Origin: an uncultured Chloroflexia bacterium
GTDB taxonomy: Bacteria > Chloroflexota > UBA6077 > JACCZL01
Reading direction: 5' to 3'
Assembly (NCBI GenBank): GCA_963765765.1
Contig: CAVXYC010000023.1
Coordinates: forward strand, 288,001 to 352,000
Length of the DNA stretch: 64,000 nucleotides
In this document: positions 27,384 through 37,679 of the stretch, piece by piece
Position numbering within the stretch: position 1 is the stretch's first letter
How the letters are laid out: every line of letters starts with the position of its first letter
Notes under the pieces: generated by a model
The model's database searches: none
What the model was told of the DNA's origin: nothing
What the model saw: the letters and a program-made list of their open reading frames with translations, nothing else
Program-made: the position numbers and the translations under genes

Positions 27384-28262
27384 TTAAAGCAGTAGCCACA
27401 CTCCGGCCGCCGATACGAGGGTGCCCAGAATCAGTCGGCGGGTAAGTGGCTCCTTCAGGAACAGCGCCGCGAGCGGAGCGGCAAAAAGCGGCGAGGTGGC
27501 GCTCAGGGACGCGGTCTTGCCTGCGCCGGCCAGGCTGATGGCCGTGACGAACAGCAGGGTGGCGCCCACGCTGAGCACTCCGGCGACCAGAATGAGCAGC
27601 CAGAGTCGACTGTTTAGCTCTCTAATGGCGCTCACCACTCGCCCTCGAACGACCAGGAGCATCAGCAAGCTAGCAAAAGGCAATCGCACGGCCGAGGCCG
27701 TAAGTACGTCCATGTCCTCCAGCGACGGTCGGACGAGCACGGCAGTGAGCCCCCAGGACACGGCTGTCGCGCCAGCGAGGATATAGCCAAGGCGATCCAG
27801 TCGCTCCACGGTTGAGCTCTCGCTTTTCTCTGTCACCACCAGAACGACGCCGACGATGACCAGAAACGTACCGCCAACGATCGTAATCGTCAGCGACTCG
27901 TTCAGAAATGCCGCGGCCAGGAGTGTGGAGATAAGGGGAAAGCTCATAGCCACGGGCATGGCTCGCGAGACGCCAATGCGACGAATGCTCTCGAAGAACA
28001 TCGCGTCGCCAAACGCCAGGCCGGTCATTACAGAGATGGCCATGAATCCGAGTGAGCTCCAGCGTGGCATCGCCGGCGGAGCCATCGCCCAGAACGGAAT
28101 GGCGATCAGCAGCACGAGGAGCGCCGCGACAGCCGTCCGCAAGCCATTGACGACGATCGCGGAGACGTTGTGGGTGAGCTGACGAACCGTTAGCGTCGTC
28201 ATTGCCCAGCACAGTGACGAGATAAGCCCGGCCGCGACGCCGAGCATCGGGGAAGCATCCAT
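27384..28262 (-). CDS. DMT/EamA family transporter
   Basis: About 10 hydrophobic segments in two repeats; IGVSRA..PL...FLNE and AGAGKT..PLF...FLKE. Confidence 0.9.
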   Translation of the reverse strand: MDASPMLGVAAGLISSLCWAMTTLTVRQLTHNVSAIVVNGLRTAVAALLVLLIAIPFWAMAPPAMPRWSSLGFMAISVMTGLAFGDAMFFESIRRIGVSRAMPVAMSFPLISTLLAAAFLNESLTITIVGGTFLVIVGVVLVVTEKSESSTVERLDRLGYILAGATAVSWGLTAVLVRPSLEDMDVLTASAVRLPFASLLMLLVVRGRVVSAIRELNSRLWLLILVAGVLSVGATLLFVTAISLAGAGKTASLSATSPLFAAPLAALFLKEPLTRRLILGTLVSAAGVWLLL

Positions 28263-28436
28263 GGGGGCCAGGAGTATATCGCCCGCCTGGGTCTGCCGTT
28301 TCTCCCCCGCCTGGTCCGGCCCACGGCGATCCACCTCGCCGTTGTAAGCGGTGGTTCATCGATCAATGTGGATTGGGGCCGTGATGAGGGCCGCGAAATC
28401 AAGGGGGCTCCAGGCGCTACTTGATCTCGCGGTCCT

Positions 28437-30116
28437 GTGCACCCTTGGGTTTCACCATACCCAGCTGGGCTATCCGGTACTCCGCCGGATATCTGTGCTG
28501 CGCTTCTCCACCTGAAAGGATGTGGATCCAATGACCCGCGGTACCTCACAATACGCGCGCAGGCGCGCCAGGGAGCCAATGTCCCGGCCCTGACAGCGTT
28601 ACTGGCCCACGGCGCCGGAAGTGAACTCGTGACAAGCGGTCCAGGAAGAGAGCTCCATCGCGTGTTGAGATGTTCGACGGGCGCTGAACGCCGGCCATGG
28701 CAGCACAAAGCTGCTCAAATCAGGAGACGATCTGTTCGCTCCCTATTCACCACCGGCCTCTTGCTGACTCTGGCCACCCTTCTCTTGTTCACGCAAACGG
28801 TGCCAGCCCGAGCGGCTGATCCTGGATCGCGATTCGGCATCAATCAGGCGTGGCAGGCGGCTGACCATGCCGATACGGCCGGAGCTGACTGGTCGCGCGT
28901 TCTGTTCTGGTGGAGCGAATTTCAGAAGGGCGGTCCCAATGAGTTCGACCTCTTCTCCACAGGGCATGACGAGCATCTCAATAACGAGGTGGACCGAGGG
29001 CGAGAGCTCGTGGGTGCCATCCTCAACACGCCGCGTTGGGCTAGCTCCGACGGCTCTCCCAACGGCGTTCCGAAAAACCTGTACCTTCCCTACAACCATC
29101 CAGATAACTACTGGGGGCAGTTCACGCGCCAGCTTGCTGAGCACTACAAGGGGCGCATCGACAACTGGATTATCTGGAACGAGGTGGACATCTCAGGCGG
29201 CGAGTGGGGCACCTGGAGCGGTACCACGGCCGACTACGTCCAGCTTCTGAAAGTCGCGTATCTATCGATCAAATCCGCTAATCCGCAAGCCAAAGTGCTG
29301 CCGTTCGGGGCGGCCTGGTGGTACGACTATGGGTCCACTATCGGCCGAATGCTGGACCTTATCGCCGCTGACCCGGATGCCAAGAAGTACGACGGATTCA
29401 TGGATGCAGGAAATCTACACCTCTATAGTCGCTCCAACGACATTCCGCGGGTGGTCGGCTGGTATCGCGATCAACTCAAGGCGCGTGGGCTGGAGAAGCC
29501 TATCTGGGTCGGTGAGACAAACGCGGTGCCATATGACGATCCGAACTGGCCAGCGAGCAAGGCGAACTTCCGCGCCAGCCTGGACGAGCAGGCGTCCTAC
29601 GTCGTGCAGGCATTTGCCACGTATCTCGCTCTGGGAGTGGAAAAGGTTAGCGTCAACCGCATGACCGACGGCACCGACTTCGAAGCGGGCGGTGAGCCAT
29701 TTGGCCTGCTGCGCAACGATGGCACAGCGAGACCGGCATTGACCGCGTTCCAGGTCGCCACAAAATATTTCCGGGACGTCTACGAAGGTGAGCTCTTCCC
29801 CACTGAGCCGAACGGCCTCGCGCGCGCCGTTTTAAAGAACAGGTTAGATGAGGTCGTGACCGTAGTCTGGAACATGAAGCCAGTGGACATCGACGTCGCG
29901 ATCCCGGCGACAACGGATCATGCGCTCCGCGTGACCAAATACGGGGAAGCCTCCACAGTGCTGGCGAATAACGGCCAGTACCCGCTCACGCTCACTGCCG
30001 CCACGGCGAATTCGAACGAGGCCGACCGCCGAGACTTCGTTGTCGGCGGAAACCCCATCATCCTCGTTGAGCGCCCTGACGGTGATCCGCAATCGGCGTA
30101 TAGGGCGATTCGGTAG
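28437..30116 (+). CDS. Secreted clan GH-A glycoside hydrolase (GH39/GH5-like); true start probably ~28700-28750
   Basis: Signal peptide ending ARA-ADP, RVLFWWSEFQ, TPRWA, WIIWNEVD, LHLY, KPIWVGETN, FGLLRNDG. Confidence 0.75.
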   Translation: MHPWVSPYPAGLSGTPPDICAALLHLKGCGSNDPRYLTIRAQARQGANVPALTALLAHGAGSELVTSGPGRELHRVLRCSTGAERRPWQHKAAQIRRRSVRSLFTTGLLLTLATLLLFTQTVPARAADPGSRFGINQAWQAADHADTAGADWSRVLFWWSEFQKGGPNEFDLFSTGHDEHLNNEVDRGRELVGAILNTPRWASSDGSPNGVPKNLYLPYNHPDNYWGQFTRQLAEHYKGRIDNWIIWNEVDISGGEWGTWSGTTADYVQLLKVAYLSIKSANPQAKVLPFGAAWWYDYGSTIGRMLDLIAADPDAKKYDGFMDAGNLHLYSRSNDIPRVVGWYRDQLKARGLEKPIWVGETNAVPYDDPNWPASKANFRASLDEQASYVVQAFATYLALGVEKVSVNRMTDGTDFEAGGEPFGLLRNDGTARPALTAFQVATKYFRDVYEGELFPTEPNGLARAVLKNRLDEVVTVVWNMKPVDIDVAIPATTDHALRVTKYGEASTVLANNGQYPLTLTAATANSNEADRRDFVVGGNPIILVERPDGDPQSAYRAIR

Positions 30117-30175
30117 CATACCCTCGCCCCTCTCCCTCTGGGGATGGCCTTGCGATGGGGATACCGGTCTACCCT

Positions 30176-30265
30176 CACCCCATCCCTCTCCCAAAGGAAG
30201 AGGGCGCCGGGGGTTGGAACACCGCGATTGGGTTCGCCACTGAGGCGGTGCCCGGCTCAAGTCGG
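30176..30265. repeat. Degenerate duplicate of REP plus cyclase 3' end (copy of 32122-32211)
   Basis: Colinear 90-nt match including gaacaccgcgattgggtt...ctgaggcggtgccc. Confidence 0.75.
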
Positions 30266-30540
30266 CATGCCTCATGCATCTATCAATACTGAGAGCGCTT
30301 CGATTGCATGCGCGCCAACCTCCAGATGCTTGTGTTCGTCTCAACTCCGAGCATTTCGTCCCGGTCAGGCCGGTCTGATCGAGTGGTGATCAAAGGTTCT
30401 CAGTATGAGAGCCAACGGTCCACCTCGGAGGGCACCGGCGGATGTTCGGATAGTGATCCCCGGGTGGGTGCACTTGTGCGAAAACCGCGCGCCCCGCGAG
30501 AAGAGTCAAGAGTCTGGTCCGACGCACCGGTACCTGTGGT

Positions 30541-31917
30541 GTGAGACTCCAAACTGATCGTTCCCATGAACTAGCCCCAACTGCCGGTCGGGGTGAGACT
30601 GAACACGACCACGATCTGGGTGGGCGGCACTGGCAGGCGTGGGGGCTGCGCTGGCTGCTGGCCGCGATCAGCATCTTCCACTTGCTGCAGGGTAACCGGG
30701 AGGGAGCGGTTGTCGCGGCCCTTGGCTTCGCGGTGTCGATGCTTCCCCCGATCATCAGCCACTTCTCCAAGTGGCACGTCCCACGTCTGCTCGAACTTAC
30801 CTTCGTCGCGGCCATGTTCCTCCAGTACGTTTCAGAGTCGTTCAAGCTGTTCGAGATCTTCTCCTACTGGGACAAGCTCGTCCATTCGTCCGAGATCTTT
30901 CTGGCGAGCGCTGTGGCGACCTACCTGTTGCTCGGCTACCGCGAGCTTCACGAGCTGGACATCCCCGACGGTCTTGCTGCCGCGGGCGCGATGCTGTTCG
31001 GCATGGCGCTCGGCGCGACCTGGGAGCTGGTTGAGTTCACGCTGGATTGGTTCGGCAACGCCAACTTACAGAAGTCGAACGCCGACACGCTCACTGACAT
31101 TCTGACCAACGACGCCGGCGCGATCTTCGGAACACTTCTCGCCTTCTGGCTGTACCGCCATCACGCCACGGAACAGCAGCGGCATGAGTTCGGCAAGATC
31201 GCCGATTGGCTCACTGGCCGCTTGGCCAGGCTCTTCGCCGAGCACGGTTTTCAAATCGGCGTCGGCATCGGGCTCGCCATCGCTGCTATCGTCGCGGCCG
31301 GCTGGCTGATGGATCGCGGGCCCCTTCCGCCTGGGCCGTCTGGCGAGGCCACTCCCGCGTCCTGGGACTTTACGGCCAACATGACCGACGCTGTCCCAGT
31401 GGCCACCCTGGTTGGCGACTGGCGACAGGACGCGCGCGGCATCTGCAAAGTCAACGATGTGCCGGTCCGGCCGGGTAGCGAGCAGATGGGACTGCTTGCC
31501 CTGGCGCCCGATGTCCGCTACGGCGGGTCCGCCGGACTCGTCGCCACGAGCACCTTCTACTCGGAGCGCCCGCAGCTCGGCGCCGGTACCGCCATGGACA
31601 CCGGCCTGGCGTTCGGACTGCGTGACGCCGAGAATTTCTACCTGATGAAGGCCAGCGCCCTCCACGATACGTATAGGCTGGAACGGTACGTCGGCGGGCG
31701 ACGGCGTGACCTGCGCGAGGAGCGCGTTCGCCTGCGCGGCAACGACTGGCACGAGCTGCGGCTCGAGCTATTCGGTGACCAAGCGACCGTCTTCCACGAT
31801 GGTCGGAAGATCTTTGAAGAGCGTGGTCTTGAGCAGACCGACGGCGGCGTCGCCCTCTGGGCCCGCGTCACCACAGCGGGTTGCTTCGCCGAAGCGGCTG
31901 TCCAACCATCCGTCTAG
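30541..31917 (+). CDS. Membrane protein (DUF2238/VanZ-like N-terminus) fused to ConA-like/DUF1080-like beta-sandwich
   Basis: YWDKLVH, WELVEF, DTLTDIL in TM region; C-terminal GLAFG..DAENFY..NDWHELRLEL..GGVALW. Confidence 0.6.
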   Translation: MRLQTDRSHELAPTAGRGETEHDHDLGGRHWQAWGLRWLLAAISIFHLLQGNREGAVVAALGFAVSMLPPIISHFSKWHVPRLLELTFVAAMFLQYVSESFKLFEIFSYWDKLVHSSEIFLASAVATYLLLGYRELHELDIPDGLAAAGAMLFGMALGATWELVEFTLDWFGNANLQKSNADTLTDILTNDAGAIFGTLLAFWLYRHHATEQQRHEFGKIADWLTGRLARLFAEHGFQIGVGIGLAIAAIVAAGWLMDRGPLPPGPSGEATPASWDFTANMTDAVPVATLVGDWRQDARGICKVNDVPVRPGSEQMGLLALAPDVRYGGSAGLVATSTFYSERPQLGAGTAMDTGLAFGLRDAENFYLMKASALHDTYRLERYVGGRRRDLREERVRLRGNDWHELRLELFGDQATVFHDGRKIFEERGLEQTDGGVALWARVTTAGCFAEAAVQPSV

Positions 31918-32055
31918 GCGCTCCGAGCAACAGAGAACAAGAGGAGCCTTCGCTAGTCATCGATTCCACGCCGGCTCAGATTGCCACCCGGTTGCCGCGC
32001 ACGCCGATAACTCACGGTCGTCCGGTGAATCGACGCGAGGGAGAGAGCAACCTGG

Positions 32056-32105
32056 CGGATGAGCTCATACGCAAGGTGCTGGACGCGGGAATTCGAGCGC
32101 CCAAC
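32056..32105 (+). pseudogene. Fragment of nitroreductase gene (copy of 33475-33524)
   Basis: DELIRKVLDAGIRAPN; 44/50 nt identical by manual alignment. Confidence 0.7.
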
Positions 32106-32159
32106 CTACGGGCGGCACCATCGCCCCAACCCTCTCCCAGAGGGCGAGGGTGCCGGGGG

Positions 32160-33096
32160 CTAGAACACCGCGATTGGGTTGACCGCTGAGGCGGTGCCCC
32201 GCTCCAGCCGGAGCGGGGCGATGGTGAGGGAGAACTCCCAGGAGTTGAAGCGGGCGCAGGCCCCGGCCAGGTCGTCAAGGTTGAGGTTGTCCAAGAGCTG
32301 CATGCCCAGAGCGGCGAGGGTGAGCGTATGGATGGGAAGGCTCACGCCTTCCACCGGACTCGGGCGGACGTCGCTGATGCCGTCACTACCGAGCAGCGCG
32401 ACGTTCCGATCCTTGAGCCAGGGGCCGCACGTGAAGTGCAGTCCGGCTAACAGATTGCCCGGTGTCCCAGGTGCCGTGGAGCCGCCGCCGCGCGTGACGC
32501 CCCGTGCGAATCAGGAGCACGTCACCTGACTCTACACGCAGCCCGGCGGCCGTTTCCGCGGCATCTAGGTCCGCCGGCGTGATGGCAGTACCGGGCTCAA
32601 GCGAGTCGACCTGTTTTAATAGCGGAATATCCAGAAGGATTCCACGCGAGACGATACCATCCTGACCGATCGTGATCGCATTCCTTGTGGCACCGTTGGA
32701 AGTCACCACGCTCACGGGCCGGTCGTTGTAGAGCTTGCCTTGCCAGGACACGTGGCACAGCGCATCAAGATGCGAGTGCGCCAGACCATGTGGCGCCAGA
32801 GCGAGATAGTCGGCGGTGGATCGATTCGTCGTTGATTCGACGATATCGCCGGCGCGGATCATCAAGTGGGTGGCCGGCGAGCGATTCTCTGGATCGGGGA
32901 CGGTATTAAGCGGCCAGGCGCAGCTCACCGTGACTCCGTGGTTGATGAGGGCTGCCGCGCGTTTCGTCTGTTCGGGCGTGATCAAGTTCAGTGTGCCGCG
33001 CTCATCCTCCGCTCCCCAGCGCCCCCAGTTACTGCATTGATCGAACAACTCCTGAAAACCGGCCTGGCCGAGCTCGGTTGTCGGTGACTGGATCAT
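32160..33096 (-). CDS. Cyclase family (kynurenine formamidase-like) metal hydrolase; frameshift near 32440
   Basis: NWGRWGAEDERGTLN, HGLAHSHLDALCH, RGILLD, GDVLLIRTG, LLDNL, GTASAVNPIAVF. Confidence 0.9.
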
Positions 33097-33134
33097 GCGA
33101 AACCTCCCTATCGCGATGGCTGCCGCGCCCGCAG

Positions 33135-33256
33135 AAAGCCCCGTAGCGCAGCGGTCTTGTGCCCCGCGCCTCGCGAGATCCGGCGGTCCGAACGGGTTTA
33201 CGCGACTGAGGATCCCCTGGGACGCAGGGCACAAGACCGCCGCGCTACGGGGCTTT
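33135..33256. repeat. GTAG-type REPIN (GTAGCGCRGYGGTCTTGTGCCCCGCG family)
   Basis: aaagccccgtagcgcagcggtcttgtgcccc ... gggcacaagaccgccgcgctacggggcttt. Confidence 0.8.
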
Positions 33257-33398
33257 ACGAGTTCCCGTTTGGTTCGGAATGTCGGTTGAGTTGGGCTACG
33301 ACGGACCCATGTACTGATAGCGGTGAGTTTGCCACCGAATCCATATGCGCGCCACACTGGAACGCAGAGTATGAGCTGAGACGAAGGAGCGCACAACT

Positions 33399-34034
33399 AT
33401 GGCTGAAGAGCTAGGCCTTTTCGAAGCAATCCATACGCAGCGGGCGCTACGCTACATGAAGCCTGACCCGATTCCGGATCTGCTCATCCGCAAGGTATTG
33501 GACGCGGGGATTCGAGCGCCCAACGGGGGCAACCAGCAGCGCTGGAAGTTCATCGTGATCAAAGACCCAGAGACAAAGCGCTGGATTCAGCCCCACTACG
33601 CCGCTACCAGCCGTCCGGGCCATGCGGCGACCACGAACGATCGGGACGCGCAGACCATGTCGCGCAATGAGGCCGCCGCGAACTATCTGGGCGAGCATCT
33701 GCACGAGGTACCTGTGCTGATTCTCTGCTGCACCGAGCACGACGGCTCGGCTGGAGACGTCACCCGTGGCGCCAGCATTTACCCGGCTGTGCAGAACATG
33801 CTTCTGGCTGCTCGCGGACTCGGGCTGGCCAGCGTGCTGACCACCCGCCCGCACCGAGGTTTCGAGAAGGAGATCAAGGCGCTGCTGGGCATCCCGGAAA
33901 ATGTCGACACGGCCGCGCTGATCCCGCTTGGCTATCCGCAGGATGGGAAGAAGTACGGTCCCACCAATCGACGACCGGTTGAAGAAGTGACCTACAGTGA
34001 GCGGTGGGGAGAGGGCTGGTCGGTCGGCTCCTGA
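33399..34034 (+). CDS. Nitroreductase family protein
   Basis: AIHTQRALR, RAPNGGNQQRW, SIYPAVQNMLLAARGLGL, IPLGYP. Confidence 0.92.
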   Translation: MAEELGLFEAIHTQRALRYMKPDPIPDLLIRKVLDAGIRAPNGGNQQRWKFIVIKDPETKRWIQPHYAATSRPGHAATTNDRDAQTMSRNEAAANYLGEHLHEVPVLILCCTEHDGSAGDVTRGASIYPAVQNMLLAARGLGLASVLTTRPHRGFEKEIKALLGIPENVDTAALIPLGYPQDGKKYGPTNRRPVEEVTYSERWGEGWSVGS

Positions 34035-34042
34035 AGTGCCAA

Positions 34043-34142
34043 CGTAGCACGGGCTCTTGTGGCCTGTGCCTGGATATTGCCGTCTCCGACCGCGAGGGCG
34101 TCAATGGCGTCCCAGGCACAGGCCACAAGGGCCCGTGCTACG
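34043..34142. repeat. GTAG-type REPIN, same family as 27278-27377
   Basis: cgtagcacgggctcttgtggcctgtgcctgg ... ccaggcacaggccacaagggcccgtgctacg. Confidence 0.85.
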
Positions 34143-34164
34143 AGTGCTGACTACTGTCCTTCGT

Positions 34165-34656
34165 CTAATCGTCGCCGAAGAACTTATCGATAAACCGAAT
34201 CTCTCGCTGAACGCCACCCTCGGCCCCGGGCACAGTGAACTGTCGGTCATCGTGATCGATGCGTCGCGGTGGCTCGTTCTGCGCCTGCGCTCCGAAGCGT
34301 AGGATGACCAGGTTCTCATCCGACGCGCTCTCAAACCAGTAGGGCGTCTCGCGTTTGATCACGAGGGCCTCATTCTTGTCTAGCTCGGCGGCAAGCTCAT
34401 CGTGGTTGCCATCAGGACCGATGGTGTAGAAGCGCGCCTTGCCCTGCATGACGAGCCAGATGGCGTCATTCCCGCCGTGCGCATGCATGTTAGTCTCGCC
34501 GCCATTGGCGATGACCTGGATGCTGCATGAGATCAGGTCAGTCTTGGCGCCCATCGTGACTTTTTTCCCGTACTCCATCAACTGTGGGCGGATTTCAAAC
34601 TTGTTGAAGCCATCAAGGTGGCTGCTGGACTCGTCGGTTCTCGTTTCGGTCTTCAT
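34165..34656 (-). CDS. Cupin domain protein
   Basis: GGETNMHAH..DAIWLVMQGKARFY..PYWFES. Confidence 0.85.
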   Translation of the reverse strand: MKTETRTDESSSHLDGFNKFEIRPQLMEYGKKVTMGAKTDLISCSIQVIANGGETNMHAHGGNDAIWLVMQGKARFYTIGPDGNHDELAAELDKNEALVIKRETPYWFESASDENLVILRFGAQAQNEPPRRIDHDDRQFTVPGAEGGVQREIRFIDKFFGDD

Positions 34657-34690
34657 CCATCGCTCCTTCTGCAGTTGCCGCTCGACACTG

Positions 34691-35812
34691 CTATTTTTGC
34701 TTGGTCAGCTCCAGGGTTTTCTTCGTGATCTCCTCTCCGTCCGTGGTACCGAGTCGGAACTTGAATTCATTGAGTCTCGAATAGTCTGGTGATGTCAATG
34801 GGTCGTACGACTTCACGTCGAGCCGTCGGCTGCTGTTGAGCACGCTTGATGCCCGAGCATCCTGGCCCTCGGCGCTCAGCAGCCACCGCAAAACCATCTT
34901 GGACACGTTTGGATGCGGCGTGTTTTTGAAGATCGAAATACCGTTTGAGAGCAAGTAAGGGGAGGCGTCGCGGCCCACAAGCTCGACGGACTTGCCTACA
35001 CCCTGGTCCAGGAACTGGCGGTGGAGGTCGTCGTCCAGGCCGATCGCCACCGGATAGCGGCCCTGGATGACGAACTCAGTCACCTGGCTCCGAGTTTCCA
35101 GATAGCGACTTTGAGCAACGAGCTTCTTCACGAAATCCTCGCCGTTGCTCGCCAGAAGCGCCGCGTACGCGAAACTGCCGGCGTTGCCAACGGTGGGATC
35201 GTAAGCGATGATCTTGTCTTTCCATTTCGGGTCAAGCAGATCCTGCCAGGTACGAATCTCTGACGCCCCGGCCACCTCGCGATTCACGTGAAAGCCACCG
35301 CCAATGGTGAAGTAGTCGATGAGCGTGACGCGCTTGTTCGGATCGGTGTAGAGGTGAAATCCTCCGGCCCACTTCGAGTCGTCCTTGAGCTCCGCGGGCA
35401 GGACGTCGAGATACGGTGTGATGGTCTCGAGCGCATCCGCGGGCGTCAGAACCTGCAAGAGGTTAGATGTGGCTCCGAAATACATATCCCAGAGGTACTG
35501 ACCCTGGCGCTGCTCCGAGATCACACGCGGCGCCATGTCGCTCGGCTTCATGGGCACCCACTGCACGTCAAGCCAGGGGAACGCCTGCTTCACTCGCTCG
35601 GAAAAGGACTGCCACGCTGATCCCGTTGTACTGGTGAAGACCAGCACACCTTCAGCTTTGGCAGCAGTTTCGATCTCGTCCCAGTTCGTGAGGTCGGTAG
35701 ACCCCGCGGCGGCCTGCTTCGTTGCTGGGGAAGGCGGCGCGGCGGGAGCGCAAGCCACCAGGGCCACAAGTAGCGTGGCCAGGATTGTGTGGCACCTAAG
35801 GGTTCGACGCAT
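34691..35812 (-). CDS. ABC transporter substrate-binding lipoprotein (Fe3+/polyamine-type fold)
   Basis: Lipobox LVAC, AAKAEG, TWQDLLDPKWK, PHPN...WLLSAEGQ. Confidence 0.85.
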   Translation of the reverse strand: MRRTLRCHTILATLLVALVACAPAAPPSPATKQAAAGSTDLTNWDEIETAAKAEGVLVFTSTTGSAWQSFSERVKQAFPWLDVQWVPMKPSDMAPRVISEQRQGQYLWDMYFGATSNLLQVLTPADALETITPYLDVLPAELKDDSKWAGGFHLYTDPNKRVTLIDYFTIGGGFHVNREVAGASEIRTWQDLLDPKWKDKIIAYDPTVGNAGSFAYAALLASNGEDFVKKLVAQSRYLETRSQVTEFVIQGRYPVAIGLDDDLHRQFLDQGVGKSVELVGRDASPYLLSNGISIFKNTPHPNVSKMVLRWLLSAEGQDARASSVLNSSRRLDVKSYDPLTSPDYSRLNEFKFRLGTTDGEEITKKTLELTKQK

Positions 35813-35970
35813 ACAGGCAATCCTCCCTGAAACCAGGTACAAACGGCCGCCATGGCCGCGCGGATAGGATGCGCAGAGTCACCAGTCGGGTTCGAGGGTA
35901 GATCAGAGCACCGGGATTCCGTCAAGCGTGGCGGTCCCAGTGTAGAGTCATTGCGATAGGAGGACGGCCT

Positions 35971-37555
35971 GTGACGCGTCCCAATTTCATCATCTTTATC
36001 ACCGATCAGCATCGAGCCGATCACCTCGGCTGTTACGGCAATTCGATTGTCTCCACACCGCAACATTGACGGGTTAGCGGCGCGTGGCTGGCGGGCAGAC
36101 GAGATGCACGTGGCCTCGCCCATCTGCATGCCCAATCGCGCTTCGCTCATGACCGGGCGGATGCCGTCGTGTCACGGCACTCGCCATAACGGGATCGAGC
36201 TCTCGCTGGCCGAGCGCACGCTGCCTCAAGCGCTGGCAGAGGCAGGCTACCGCACGGCGCACGTGGGGAAGTCGCATCTGCAGAACATCGTGGATGCACC
36301 CGGGCAATATCCTCGACCGAGCGATCCGCCGCACGCCGGCGAGGCGCGTCAGGAAGATCCGAACAAGCACGGTCAGGAGGTCTGGCGCCGCTGGGAAGAG
36401 CATCCCGACTTTGAGATCCAAACTCCGTACTATGGATTCCAGACCGTCGACCTATGCATCGAGCATGGTGACGGCCAGTATGGTCATTGGCGGCGTTGGG
36501 TTCGCCAACAATCGCCCGAAGCCGATCGGCTCATCGGCGCGGAGCACGCCTTCCCCACGCCCGACGTTGCGCTCACAACGGCCGGGCAAGCCTGGCGCAC
36601 GCGGCTGCCGGAGGAGCTCTATCCCACGAGCTGGGTGGCCGATCGGGCCATCAGCCGCCTTGGTGAATTTGCCGCGACCGACGAGCCCTTCTTTCTCTAC
36701 TGTTCATTCCCTGACCCGCATCACCCGTTTACCCCGCCCGGGCACTACTGGGATATGTATCGACCCCAGGACATGCCGCTGCCGGCCTCGTTCGACGTTC
36801 CGCATCACGACCTGCCGCCGCACGTACGATGGCTCTGGGACAGGCGCGATGACGGAACGGCTGTGAAGAACAGTCCGGCGCCGTTTGCCTGCACTGCGCG
36901 CGAGGCCCGCGAAGCGCTCGCGTTGAATTACGGGTCGATCAGCTTTCTGGACGCGGCCATCGGCCGCGTGCTGGATGCGCTGCGGAGCCTCGCGCTGGCC
37001 GACGACACGGTGGTGCTCTTCACCTCCGACCATGGCGACTTTATGGGTGACCACCAGCTTCTGCTCAAGGGACCGATTCACTATCGTGGCCTGACGCGCG
37101 TTCCCTTTATCTGGATGGACCCCGGCGCCGGAAATGGCGATGGGGGTACTTCCACCGCGCTGGTGCAGACCACCGACATTGCGCCCACCGTCCTGGCCCG
37201 AGCCGAGGTACTACCGTGGCATGGAATCCAGGGCAGGTCGCTGATGCCGCTTCTGCACGACGAGGCGACCTACTGGCGGGAGTCGCTTCTTGTGGAGGAA
37301 GAGGGGCAGCGGTACTACATGGGCTTTCCGGATCGAGTGCGCACGCGCAGTGTGCTCACCTCGCGTTACCGCCTCTCGCTCTATGACGGAGTTTCCTGGG
37401 GTGAGCTGTACGATCGGGAGGGCGATCCAGAGGAAGTGAGAAACCTGTGGAACGACCCTGGCTCTGCCGCGCTCCGCGCCGAGCTGACAACGGAGCTGGC
37501 GAGAAGCATGATTGCCCACGCCGAGATATCGCCGGCGCCGACGAATCGGGCGTGA
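35971..37555 (+). CDS. Sulfatase (Cys-type); frameshift near 36060
   Basis: GTG start after aggagg: RPNFIIFITDQHRADHLGCYG; CMPNRASLMTG, GYRTAHVGKSH, SFPDPHHP, FTSDHG. Confidence 0.92.
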
Positions 37556-37570
37556 GTTTCCGCCTGCCGA

Positions 37571-37600
37571 CGTAGCACCGGCCCTTGTGGCCTGTGCTAC
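37571..37600. repeat. Single GTAG REP copy (27278 family)
   Basis: cgtagcaccggcccttgtggcctgtgctac. Confidence 0.7.
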
Positions 37601-37679
37601 CTAAGACTCGGGTGGTTCTCTGCGCTTGACAGCTTTCCGCGCCACCTACTAGGGTGGGTTGACGCTAGGAGACAGACCC

